Assembly: GCA_963815195.1 (NCBI GenBank)
Contig: CAWFGE010000013.1
Location: 32,001-96,000 of the forward strand
Direction: 5' to 3'
Length of the DNA: 64,000 nt
Origin: an uncultured Planctomycetaceae bacterium
Lineage (GTDB): Bacteria; Planctomycetota; Planctomycetia; Planctomycetales; Planctomycetaceae
Under the pieces are notes generated by a model that worked only from the letters and a program-made list of their open reading frames with translations, did no database searches and was not told the origin of the DNA. Positions 1 to 12,500 of this stretch are shown piece by piece. The translations under genes and the position numbers were made by a program. Every line of letters starts with the position of its first letter. Position 1 is the first letter of the stretch.

Positions 1-146
1 AGTTCATTCCCCTCGCCCAACGCGGTTAGCTCCGCCTTGGTGATGACCACCGTGCTTGGAATCGGCGCGGCAGCTTCCGTGGCGTTGATGACCAGTTTGG
101 GACTGTGGCCGGATCGGTCCACGTCATCGCCCATCGATATGCCCAT
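1..146 (-). CDS. Possible 5' part of a gene running off the left edge (MGISMGDDVDRSGHSPKLVINATEAAAPIPSTVVITKAELTALGEGNE...)
   Basis: ATG at 146-144, preceded by purine-rich AGAAAGAAG; frame open to the window edge; no recognisable motif. Confidence 0.25.
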   Translation of the reverse strand, partial: MGISMGDDVDRSGHSPKLVINATEAAAPIPSTVVITKAELTALGEGNE

Positions 147-588
147 CTTCTTTCTGATGGGCCTTCGTGCGGATCGAGTCGGCCGCGGACGTATAAAGGG
201 TGAGCAGGATGTTCGGGATGGATCCACGACGGTACGCACCGCGGGTTGTCATATTCCAATAGGGCGGTTTGGCCAGCAGCAGATGCAATCCAGCCGGGGC
301 GTATTGGATGACGCTGCGGACGTCTCCTTGCCGGATTTTCCTGTTTCTTGAGCCAAATTCACTTCCAATCTTGCATGGAGAATAGATGAGGGCTGCGCAT
401 TGCAATGGCTGGCATCAATGGCAGGCCGGAAGACTTGCGTTCATTGATCTCCAACCGCTACAGCCTGGGTGGAAGGAGGTTTTGGAGGATTTTCCATGTT
501 GTTGTCTGGCGTTTTTGCGATCTCCCCTGGGGGATGCCTATGGATGGGACTGCTTCTCTGTGTCCTTTTCGCACTCCTCATTTCGTAC

Positions 589-3500
589 ATGAGATTACGT
601 GCTGCGCGAGCCAAGAACAGATTGGCGGCTTCGCCAGTGACGACGCGGATCGGTGGCTTTCTTCGATGTTGGTTTCGCTGCTGGCCCGTTCCTCAAACCG
701 GCCAGGGAACTCGACTGCGTCCCAGCCCCTCTTATGCGGATGAACTTGAAGATCGCACGCTTCTGTCCGCGGGTCCGCTTGAGTTCACGGTCGCGGACGT
801 GAATCAGCCGGCGGATCTTCTTCTGACAGTGGAAGACCTCAATGGCACGGACACGGTTGAAATCCGCGACGGCGCGGTGGTTCTCGCGAGCCAGGCATTG
901 GCGGACACCACGGCCGTCACGATCACCGGATCGAATCAGGATGACCGCTTGACCGTCGATGCCAGTGCGGCGAGGGATCTCATCTGGTCGTTTTTTGGTG
1001 GTCTCGGCGATGACGAATTGGCGATTCATGACCCGGGTCAAGGCCCGCAAGCCTTGACCCATATTCTGAATGGGTCGCAAGGGGGAAGCTTTGCGAGCGC
1101 CGACGGTCGCCTGTTGCAGAACTACACGGGCGTGGAGAACGTTTCGCTCGAGACCGAAGCGGACAGCCGTACGGTCCAACTCCCCAACGATGCCAACTTC
1201 ACCTTGGCTCAGGACGCTGACGGGAATCTCGTTGGGATGATCCAACAGGCCTTCGATGCGAAAACCGATCTCAGCGGATTGGATGGCAGCGACGGCTTCC
1301 AATTGAACGGATCAACGGCCGGGGGTGCGATCGGGACATCGGTCAGTCGAGCCGGGGACGTAAACGGCGACGGGGTGGATGATCTTATTGTCGGGGCACC
1401 GGGATTGGATCGAGCCTATGTGCTCTTCGGCAGCGACCAGGGTTTCCAGGCAACGGTTGATCCGGCCGATCTGGATGGCAGCAACGGCTTTGTGCTGACG
1501 GGCCCGAGCGGCCAAAACGTCGGCTATTCCGTCAGCGGCGGCGGGGATGTGAACGGCGACGGCGTGGACGATGTCTTGATCGGCGCGCCGGGACCGATGG
1601 GAGATTTCGGGGCGGGCGTGAGCTACGTGGTCTTTGGATCGGCGAGCGGCTTCCCGGCCGATTTGGATTTGACGACTCTCGACGGCACCAACGGTTTTGC
1701 CATCACGGGACTTGCGGACGGCGACGCGTCCGGTTTTTCGGTGGCCATCGCGGGGGATGTTAATGGCGACCTTGTTGATGATGTGCTAATTGGCGCGCCC
1801 GGGGCTGATCCCGATGCCGCGACGATCGATGCCGGGCAGGCGTATTTGTTGTTTGGGTCCGATCAGGGCTTTGATGCCTCGGTCAGCCTGAGCACTTTGG
1901 ACGGCAAAACGGGTTTTGCGTTGGACGGTGCCGCGGCGGGCGATGCGGCCGGTTTCGCGGTCGCTTCGGCGGGCGATCTCAACAACGACAGCTTGGCGGA
2001 CGTGCTGATCGGCGCTCCCGGTGCCGATGCCAACGGGGAAAACTCGGGCGCGGCTTATGTCTTTTTTGGGTCGATTGATTTCGCCGTGGCGGAAGGCCTC
2101 TCCGGGATGTTCTACCAGCCTGATCCGAGTGCTTCGATCAGCTCTTTGGCCGATGCGGAATCGGTGATCGCAGGAAACATCCCCGCGGCGACGTTTCTGG
2201 CTTATCAATTGGATTACCCCAACAGCGATGCGGCGGACACGATCGATGCCGAGACCAGCCTCGACGATTTTCTCGGTTTAAACATCGAAGACCTCGTCGG
2301 CGGCGATGACGCAACCATCGACAATTCGGCGTTCACCTTCAATGGCTCTCTCTATGTGGCCGAGCCCGGGGCGTACAACTTCGAAGTCGGATCCGCCGAA
2401 GGATTCCGGCTAACGATTGACGGGGAGACGGTGGCCGAGTTCGACGGGACGCGGGAGTTTGCCCAGACGAGCGGCAGCCATACGTTCGCCGCCCCGGGTT
2501 TCTATGCGATTTCCGTTCTGTATTACACGGACGACGACCCCGGCGGCATCGAGCTGAAAAGCGATCTGGTCACGACGGATGGTTCGCTCGACTTCATTTC
2601 CCGGGAGTACTTCTTCACGGCCCCGGCGATGAATGGGTTCGCGTTGAGCGAACTTGACGGATCGACCGGGTTTGTGATCAATGGCGAAGCGGCCGGCGAT
2701 GTACTGGGCACCGCGGTCGGAACGGCGGGGGATGTGAATGACGATGGAGCAACCGACGCGATTGTCGGTGCGCCAGGCTCCGATGCCGATGGCACAGACA
2801 GCGGCCGGGCCTATGTGGTCTTTGGGGAAAACCTCACGACGATCTACGATGGATTTGCCCCAATCCTCGAGAGCGGCGAGTTGGATGGAACGGCGGGATT
2901 CATTCTCGCCGGGGCCGCGGCGGGTTCGCGTGCCGGAACTTCCGTGGGCTTAGCGGGTGATTTGAACAACGACGGCGTCGATGATGTTGCCATCGGTGTG
3001 CCCGGATCCGATGCCAGCCAGGCCGGAATGGTGCAGGTGGTCTTCGGGGATCTGAGCTTGGGTAGCCCGGGCGTCTTCGACCTGAGCAGTCTCGACGGCG
3101 TTACGGGGTTCACCGCAAGCACGGGTCAGGCAGGGGACGGGTTCGGCGGTGCGGTGTCCGCGCCCGGGGACTTGAACGCCGACGGCATTGACGATTTCGC
3201 CATCGGCTCGCCCACGAGTGCGGGGAGCGGTTTGGAAACGAATGCCGGGGCTGCGTATGTGGTGTTCGGCCGCATTGCCGGCGGGGCCGTCTCCACAATT
3301 CAATACGCGCTGCCCGCTTCGTCCTTCATCATTGATGGAGAAGATGCGGAGGCGAATGTGACGTTGGGGGCTCCCGACGCTGCCCGAACTCTTAGGCGAT
3401 GACATCAACAGTAACGAGATCAACTTCAACGGCGTCGATCTCGAGGTCAAAGGAAAGAGCGTGACGGTCGCGGCGAATGTCGTGATTTCCACCCGGCGGA

Positions 3501-6500
3501 TCGACGGTACGGACTACGCCAACGCCCCCTCGACGGGCGACTCCGGCGACATCACCCTGAGCAGCAGTTTGGACCCGAAAAGTTCCACCTTCCAAGGAGG
3601 GGGAACGATCACCATTGGAACGGGGGCCGCCCTGTATGCGCAGGTGGAGGAAGGCAGCAGTTTCTCCGCCGGCGACATCCAGATCACGGCGGACAAAACC
3701 AATCAGACGAACCCGGTCACGTCGCTAACCGACGAAGGGACGCGGACGGCGACCGTTACCATCGACGAGGGGGCCCAGATTCTGGGCGGTACGATCGACA
3801 TCACCTCGACGGCCGGCATTCTGCCGGCGACGGCGGGAATGAATGCCGCGGCCGCGGGAATTGCCAAGGGCCTCTTCGCGGTGTTGGAACCGGTGACTGG
3901 GCTTTTGACTTTGCCGCTCGCCATTCAGATCTCGCTCGTCGATGCTTCGGTGGAAATTGGAAAAGACGAAGGCGCGGCGGTGACCATCCAGGGATCGGGC
4001 GACGTTACGATCGGAGCCACCGCCACCGCCGTGGCCACCGGCAATGCGATTTATTGGTTCAACACAACGTTCGGGGGGGCGTTCGGACTTTGGATTGCCA
4101 AATCGCAAAGCACGATCACGCTCCACGACAACGTGACCGTCGAGAGCACGGGAGCCGATGTCAAAATCGCCGCCGATTCGACGACCACAGCCGGAGGAGC
4201 GGCTCGCGTCAGTCAAAACCTCGATAGCCAAGTCAACATAAAAGGAGCGACAAAATCGCCCAACAACCCCAATAACATTGCGGTGGCCATCGGCGTCTCT
4301 TCCACAACCACCAATGCGATTGTCTCGGTCGACAAGGGGGGGCGGGTCATTAGCGACGCAGGAAATGTGGCCATTACGTCCGACGGCACGGAAAACGTCA
4401 AGGTCTATCCCGAAACCCGCTCCTATCAGGACGGCCAATACGGGGCGACCTTGGCTTTGGAGTTCGCCACCTCGGATATTCGCACTCTGATTCAGGGCGA
4501 AGTGCAGGCCGCCGGAAGCGAAGTGGGCCGCGCGATTACTTTCGATCCGTTTACCGCGCTCGATACCAAGGCGAACACCATCGATGTCGGAGCGGGACAC
4601 GGATACCAAACGGGCGACAAGGTCGTGTACTCCGCGGAACTGGGCGGCCCCATCGATGGCTTGGAACGCCTGGCCGATTATTACGTGATCCTCGTCGAAG
4701 GCAGTTCCAATCTGATTCAACTCGCGGCGACCGAACAAGACGCCTACGCCGGGATCGCGATCGACTTTCCCGACAACCCGACCCTGACCGGCGGCGGCCG
4801 CTCCCTGCCGTTCAGCCAGGTCGGCGATGTCAGCCACACAATCGACTACGGCTTCGCTCACGGCTTTACGCAAGGCGAACCCGTGGTTTACACGGCGGCC
4901 GAGGGCAAGCGAGTGGGCGGACTCGTCGATGGGCAAACCTATTATGTCGTGCTTGTCGATGGGGATGACACGGGAAGTTTGCTCCAACTTGCCACGGACC
5001 CGACGGGAACCAATCTCGTCGATCTGGATACCAGCCCAATTTTCACGGTCCAATCCACGGGGCGGGAGTTGGTCGTGGCGTCTGTGGAAGAAGGGCCGAG
5101 CACCATTACCTTCACCGAAGACGATGGCCTCTCCGCCGGAGATGCGATCGTGTTCTACCCGGCGCTCGGCTTTCAACTCGTCGACCCCGACACGGAAAAG
5201 CGCTACGCGGATGGCACGGTGTTTTATGCCATCCCCAGCCCTTCGGCGGACGATCCCACGCAACTGGACCCGACACAGATTCGCCTGGCGCTGACCCAGG
5301 CCGATGCCATCAGCAGCAACGGATATACCCATGCCGTGCCGCTTCAGATCGATGGTTCGCTGATGCTCGGGACCGATCATACGCTCTCGCCGACGGTGGC
5401 CGAGGGGATTACCGCCACCGCCACGCTGAGCGCCAGCCATGTGCTGGAAACGAAAGCGAGGATCGGCGGCGATGAAATGCTCGTCAAAAAACTCTCCCGC
5501 CCGGAGTTTTTCGGCAGTTTCCTTAACCAATACCGGACCAAGTTCTACGACCAGGTCAACAACGATCAGCTTGACGATGCGGCGAACAATAATGGACCGG
5601 TAGGCCAAAATGCCGACACGAGCAATAAGAGCTTCGAAGTTGCCGCGTCGATCGGATATTTGCAAGTCCATCGAACGGTCGAGACGGTCATCGGCAGCAC
5701 GGCGGTGCTCAAATCCGGTGCCGACATCAACATCGCCGCCACCGCGACGGAGACCGGCAACGAGATCATCGAGGCCGGAGTCTCCGAGGGTAAAAACAGC
5801 GAGGTGAAAGTCTCCATCGGGGCCTCCATCGCCGTGGCGACCTATGAAGGCATCGTCCGGGCGGTGGTGAATGACGGTGCGGAAGTGGATGCCAGCCGGG
5901 ACCTCATGGTCAATGCTCAAAACACGCGCCGCTTCCCGGCGAACGTCGAATCGGCCGCCGGTTTCTTCGAGAGCCTGCTCACCAATTTTGAATCCGACCC
6001 GGCGACGTTCCTTGGCGATCTCAACAAGAGCTTCCTGTATCCGTTCTTCACAACCGGTTGGGCGTACACAAACGTTGCGCCGAAGAGCACGGAGACGGCG
6101 TTGGCATTCACCGTGCAGGTTTGCGTGGACGATAACACCACCGAAGCCATCATCGCGGCCGGCGCAGATCAATCAGGACGACTCGTTTCAAAGCGACGAG
6201 CAATCGGTTACGGTCAACGCCGAGACGGAAATGCAATTGGTGAATATGGCCGGTGTGTTCCATTTCGGCTTCAATGCCGGGAACATTTTTGGAGGCATCA
6301 AAAACCTCGTTTATAAAGACGCGGAGGCCGGACTGAAGAAGCGGGAGAGCAAGCTGGTCGCGGTGGGGGCCGAGGCGGAAACCACCGCGGTGGGGGCCAG
6401 TTTTCAGTGGATTGACGTGACCAATCGCACGTTGGCTTCGATCGGCGGATCGTCACCGGTCCAAGACGACGGCAATTCGGGATCGGTTCCCTCGAGCGGG

Positions 6501-9500
6501 CAACCGGCGCGGGTTCATTCCGGCGTGGATGGCGGAACCAACGTGACCGCGCGCGATGAACTCTGGCACTTCGGGTTTGTCGATTCCGGGGCCAAGACCG
6601 CCGATGGCAAATTCGCCTTCGCCGGATCGGGGGCCGTGTTCCGTTATAACCCCAAGGACAATGGCCATACCACGGCGGAGGTTGCATCGGGAACGGTGAT
6701 CACCGGCGGTTCGCTCGACGTCCAAGCGACCGATCAAGTGATCCTCGTCAACCAGAACGGCAATTTCGTCACCGGCGATAGCAGCGGCAGCATAGGAGTC
6801 GGCGTATCCTATCAAGAAATTCACCGTCGCGTTCAAGCTTATATCGGAGACTTGAACGGCACATCGACGACCGCCTCGGACATTCAACTGGACCCGGGGG
6901 CCACCATCAACGTCGAAGCAATAAGTTCCGGATTTTCGGTTTCGTTCGTGTTGGCGGGGACGGTTCGCACCGATCCCGCCCCGGCTCAAAATGCCAACGG
7001 GCAAGACAATCCCCCCGCACAGGGCCAGAATAATAACGGCAATGGGGCCAACACCGGCAAGTCCGGCTGGGCCTTTGCCGGAGATGCAAGCGTGGTCGAT
7101 CTCCTCGCGGACCAGGTCTTGGCCTTCATCGATGATGAGGGCGCGATCTCGGCGGATAAAGTCACGGTCAACGCGATCAACGGCAATGGTTATGTCAACC
7201 TCGCCGGCGCGTTCTCGGTCGTCAAGACCGACTATAACTCGAACAGCAATACGGGGTTGGCAGGGTCGTTTAGCGACATTGAACTGCATCGCGGCGAGGC
7301 CGATGCGCTGGGCCGATACGATTCCGACACGCTGGCCTACATTCGTCGGGCGACTCTGGCCGTGGGAGATCAGGGTCTGCACATGACAGCCGATCGCCGC
7401 GGTGTGTATTGGGTCACGTCGGCCGGTGGTTCGGGCGTCTCCCAGGGCGATGGCCTTGAGGTGGCAGGGTCGGCGGCTTTGACCGATCTGGACTATGCCA
7501 CCCGAGTGTTTCTGCAACTCGTGAGCCTGTTTCTTGGCGGAGATTCGGAGATCAACGCGAAAGACGGCGTGGCCACGATCGCCTTTGCGGGCGATGGGGT
7601 CTATGGCGGCAGCTTGGGCTTTGGAACCTCCTGGGCCTGGAACCAGGTGGATCGCCGAGTGCAGGCGAAGATTATGGATTCCACGATCACTCAGTCGGCC
7701 GGCACCTTGAGCGGGGAGGCCGTGTTGTGGGACATTGCGAAGGACAATGGGCAAACGCTGCTTCCCAATTCCTATGCCGTCGCGGCCACTTTGGGACAAG
7801 GCGGTCAGGAAGCGGTATTCAACCTGACCGGTACGGTGGCGGTCAATGAATTCAATACCGGGACGACAGACAACGCCGTCGAAGCCTCGATGACCGGGTC
7901 CACCTACCGGCCACCGGAAAACGGAGCCGACGACGTCACCGGATTGTCATTATCAGCGACCGACAACACGAATGTTCTGGCATTCGCGGGAGCGGTTGAC
8001 CGAGGCTACGACCTGACGGTCGGCGTCGCCGTGGCGGATAATATTGTCAAGGACAATGCGGCGGCGTTCGTGGAAAACTCGACCGTGGAGGTCAACGGCG
8101 GCAATATCGACGTTGTCGCGAATATCAATCCCGAAATGAACGCCTTCGCCGTGGGAGTCGCAGTGGATAGTAACGGCATCCAGGTGGCCGGCTCTGGGGC
8201 GAACAACACCGGGGCCTTGACCGCCGATGCGCATGTTAAAGGTACAATCGCGGCATCGGGTTTAACCGACACGTCCCTCAGCGGCGCGGACGACATCACG
8301 GTTCATGCGGGGATCACCTACACGGATTTTGCCGCCGGTGCCGGGCAATTTGGCATCCAGTCCAACTCCAGTGACAACGGAGCGGCCATCGGGGCGGCGG
8401 TCGCGATTAACGACCTCTCTGATAACCAGATCACCGCTATGGTTCAGGACGCCTCGCTTTCTGCCGCCGGCGATATTGAAGTCTCGGCGGAGACAAAAAT
8501 GGCGGCGGGCGGTTTAATTCTCGGACTGGCGGTCGGAGGAGACGGAGCCGCGGATTTCGCTCTGGGCGGATCGGTTGTCGACAATACGATTGAGTCCACA
8601 ACTCAGGCGAACGTCACGGGGACCGCCGCCACGCTGATGGCGGGCGGAGACATTAAAATCTCCGCTCTCGAAAGCGGCTTGGTCGTGTCCTCCGGCGCGG
8701 GAGTCATCAGCGCGAGCACCAGTAACAAAGGCAAAGCCGCTGTGGGCGCGGCCGTGGCGACCAACACCGTGGATAGCACAGTGGCTGGCACTGTGGAAGA
8801 CGCTGCCTCGATCATTTCGACGGCGGGCACCGTGAGTGTGACGGCGGACCGCGCGGACGCGCAAATCGTCTCGGTGGCACTCGGCGGCGAAGACGCACAG
8901 AAGTTTGCGCGCTAGGCGGGTCGGTGGCCACGAACACGGTGACGCACACCACGGATGCCCATGTTTCCGGCGGTTCAGCGGTGCAGGGTGAGGCCGGCGT
9001 TGTCGTGCAGGCGCGCGAGGAATCTCCAACCATCGTGGCGGCGGCGGGGAATTTTGCGGTCTCGAACAAAGGGGTGGCGATTGGGGCGGCGATTCCCACG
9101 AATACGGTCACTCGTCACCTCTCGGCCTACGTGGGGGACGAAGACGAGGCCGATTTTGACGCCGGGGCGGACGGGGCGAGTTTGACCTCGGCAAACGGTG
9201 CCGTCACGGTCGCCGCCACGCGGCAAAGCAGCCTGGTGTTGGCGATAGGCGTCAGTGGAGTCGGTGCGGAATCGTTTTCCTTAGGCGGGTCTGTGGTGGA
9301 AACGAACATCAAGTCCTCCACCGTCGATGCTCATGTCTGGGGCGGCACGTTGGACGGCAATCAAGGCGTCGCGATCCAGGCCGAAGACACCAAAGCGACC
9401 AACGTCGCCGGGGCGGGGAATCTGGACTTGAGTTTTCTCTTCCAATCCAGCGGCAGCCAGAACGGCAACAACGGGAATGTTCAACAACAACCGCTCGTCG

Positions 9501-12500
9501 AGGATGCGGTGGATGAGGCCGAAGACGATCTGCAGAACGACGATAACATTTCCGAAGCGGAGGACAAAATCGACGAGAACTTGTCGGACCAGGAGGAACT
9601 CGACTCTCAAGAGCAAGCGGCGAATGGCAATATGGTCTGGAATCCCCTGTTGGAGGAGTACCAGGTTAACAGCGATCCGTTTCAAGGTCCCGTCGATGTG
9701 GTTTCCGACGCGTCCTCCGACCCAAATCCCGCGTCCCAGGAGCTTTCGGCCAGCGTTAGCGTCTCGGTCGGCCTGGCCCTGGCAAACAACCTCGCGTCGC
9801 GCGACAATCAGCCGACGGTGCTGGCGTTTGCTTCCGACGCCGTTTTGACATCGGAAACCGGAACGATCGAGGTCACCGCCGATCAAACGATTCTCTTTGT
9901 GACCGTGGCCGGCAGCGGATCGTTGTCGAACAACACCGTCAACGTGGACGGTACGGAAGCCACCACGGTTTTCCGGCCGATCACCAGGGCGTATATCGAT
10001 GCAACCGGCGGGACGCCTTCGATGGTCACGGCCGAAGGCAATGTGATCGTGGCGGCGGATTCCATCGTGCATGCGGTGACCATTGCCGGGAATATCGCCT
10101 TCAACAAAAGCGGCAGCAGCGTGGCCTTGACCTTTGCCACGATGGCCCACGAGAAAGGCACAACGGAAGCCTACATCGACAATGCCGACGTAACGGCGAA
10201 CGGAAACGCGGACGACTCGACCGTCACAACCGGTTCGCAAGGCCAGGCGACGACCAACGATCAGTTTCGCGGGGTTTCGGTCGCCGCGAATTCCAGGCAG
10301 GTCTTCACCACGGTGGCGGCGGGCATCGAAGTCGCCGGTAAGTTTAACGTCGCGGCGTCGGTGAGCATCAATCTCGTCGGGAGTGACGATTCTCTCACCA
10401 CTCGGGCGTACGTCGGCGAGGGGGCCACGATCAACGAGGCAAACAGCGCCGCAAATGACAAGCAATCCCTCAACATCTTTGCTCACAGCGACACCATCGT
10501 CCAAGGCGGCGGCGGGGCGTTTGGTGTTTCCACAGGCAAGAATCTGGGCGTCGGTGCCAGCGCGGATGGGGGCAATATCACAAAGACGACGGAAGCCTAC
10601 CTGTCGGCTAGCGTGGCGAATGTGAAGAACGTCGTTTCGGTGCAAGCTTATTCCGAAGAAGACCTGCTGTCCTTCGCCGGCACATTGGAACTCAGCAGCC
10701 AAAGCTCCGAACTCGCCGGGGCATTTTCCATGTATGTGTTCGACGTGACGACGAATGCCTATATCGGCAGTTCGAGCGGCAATGGCTCGACGAAGTTCGT
10801 GAAGGCCGACGGGAGCGTGCTTGTCGCGGCGAACAATGAGACGACGATCAATTACATCGTCGGAGCCGTCGAAGTGACGGAAGGGAAGGCCAGTGTCGGC
10901 GGGGCGGTCGTTGTGAACGTGCTGACCGGACACACGAATGCTTACATCAGCGGTGATGCCGTGGTCACGGCTTTGGCCGATGTCTCCACAGACACGATTG
11001 CCGCCGCCGCGGGTGGCTATGACATCGCATATGACGATGTCCCCGACGATGGCAGCCAGGTGGGGCCTCCCGGCAGCGTACCGACGGCAACGGGGGGTGA
11101 TGGCGAAGTCTCGGCCGACGACCCGGTCTGGACGAAAACCCGCGAAGCCACGGGAAAATATGCCGATATTCGCGGCGTGGCGGTGACATCGAATGTTTCG
11201 GAAACCCTCAAGGGCGGGGTCGCCGCCGTCGGAATCGGCCAGTCCGTCGCCGTTGACATTGGGGGCTTCGTTCCGATCAGCACCCGGCATACGAGGGCTT
11301 ATATCGCGGGCAATGTGAATCAAAGCCTGGCGGAGGCCGGCAACGAAAACCAGGACGTTGTGGTCACGGCGAGCACGGACTACCACAATCTCACGTTGGT
11401 GATTCCAATCGCCAGCGCCAGCTTTGGGATGGGGATGGCTGCGACCGCGGCGGGGGCGGGTTGGGTCAGTGCAAATCTGACAACCGAAGCCTTCATCGAT
11501 GATAACGCGCGCGTGCTGGCCGGCGGAGATGTGCTGGTCGTGGCCGTCGCGTCCGAACACATTGTCCGCGCGGTGTTCGGCGGAGCGTCCACGGCCGGCA
11601 AGACGAGCGTGTCCGTCGATTTGAACTTGGCGGGACTGTTTCTGACCACCCGAACGGATGCCTCGATCGGCCAAAACGCGATCGTCGTTGGCGGGGGCAA
11701 TGTGCTGGTATCGGCCGCGGACAATACGATCGCAACCGGAGTCGCGGGCGGTGCCGCCGCCGCCTTTTCTCCGGTGGGCGGCGGATTGGGAGCCGGCGTC
11801 GTCTATACCCACATTGGAAAATCGACCTCGGCTTTCATCGACGAGAACGCCCGAGTCGACGCCGGCGGAAACGGAGGTGAAATCAGCGTCATCAACGGCG
11901 AGATTGACGCCGGGAACAATTCGTTCGCCAGCGAAACCATCACGGGGCTCGCCGTCGAGGCCCAATCTTCCGAAAAACTGACGAATCTCGGCGTCTCTCT
12001 CGATGGCGGTGCAAATGCAGGCGTCGCCGGAGGAGTCACCTACACCAACGTCGATTCCGATACCTCCGCCACGATTGCCGCCAGTGCGCTAATCAATCAG
12101 AACGATACCGTTTCTATGTCAGGGTCTCAGTCGGTGAATGTTTCGGCGACGAATCAAGTATCGGTTCTCGATGCCGGGGGTGCGCTTGCCGCCGGGGCGG
12201 GAGTCTTTCGGGTGGTGTGGACGTGGGCATCATCCGCAATACGACGACCGCCTCGATCGCGTCCGGCGCCGAGGTTCATGCGAACAAAGATGTCGCCGTT
12301 TACGCCCTGTCCCTCAAGAACGTGAAAAGCTATGCAGTCAGCGCGGGCATTGGCGGCGTCGGTGTGGGAGCGTCGGTCTCGGTCTGGACCTTGGGCGATG
12401 CCTTCGATGCCGGTTACGACACCGCAGCCACCAGCGGCAACAACAGCCTGGCGATTCAGGATAAGAGCAGCACCAGCGATCCGTCGTATTCGAGCTTCGC

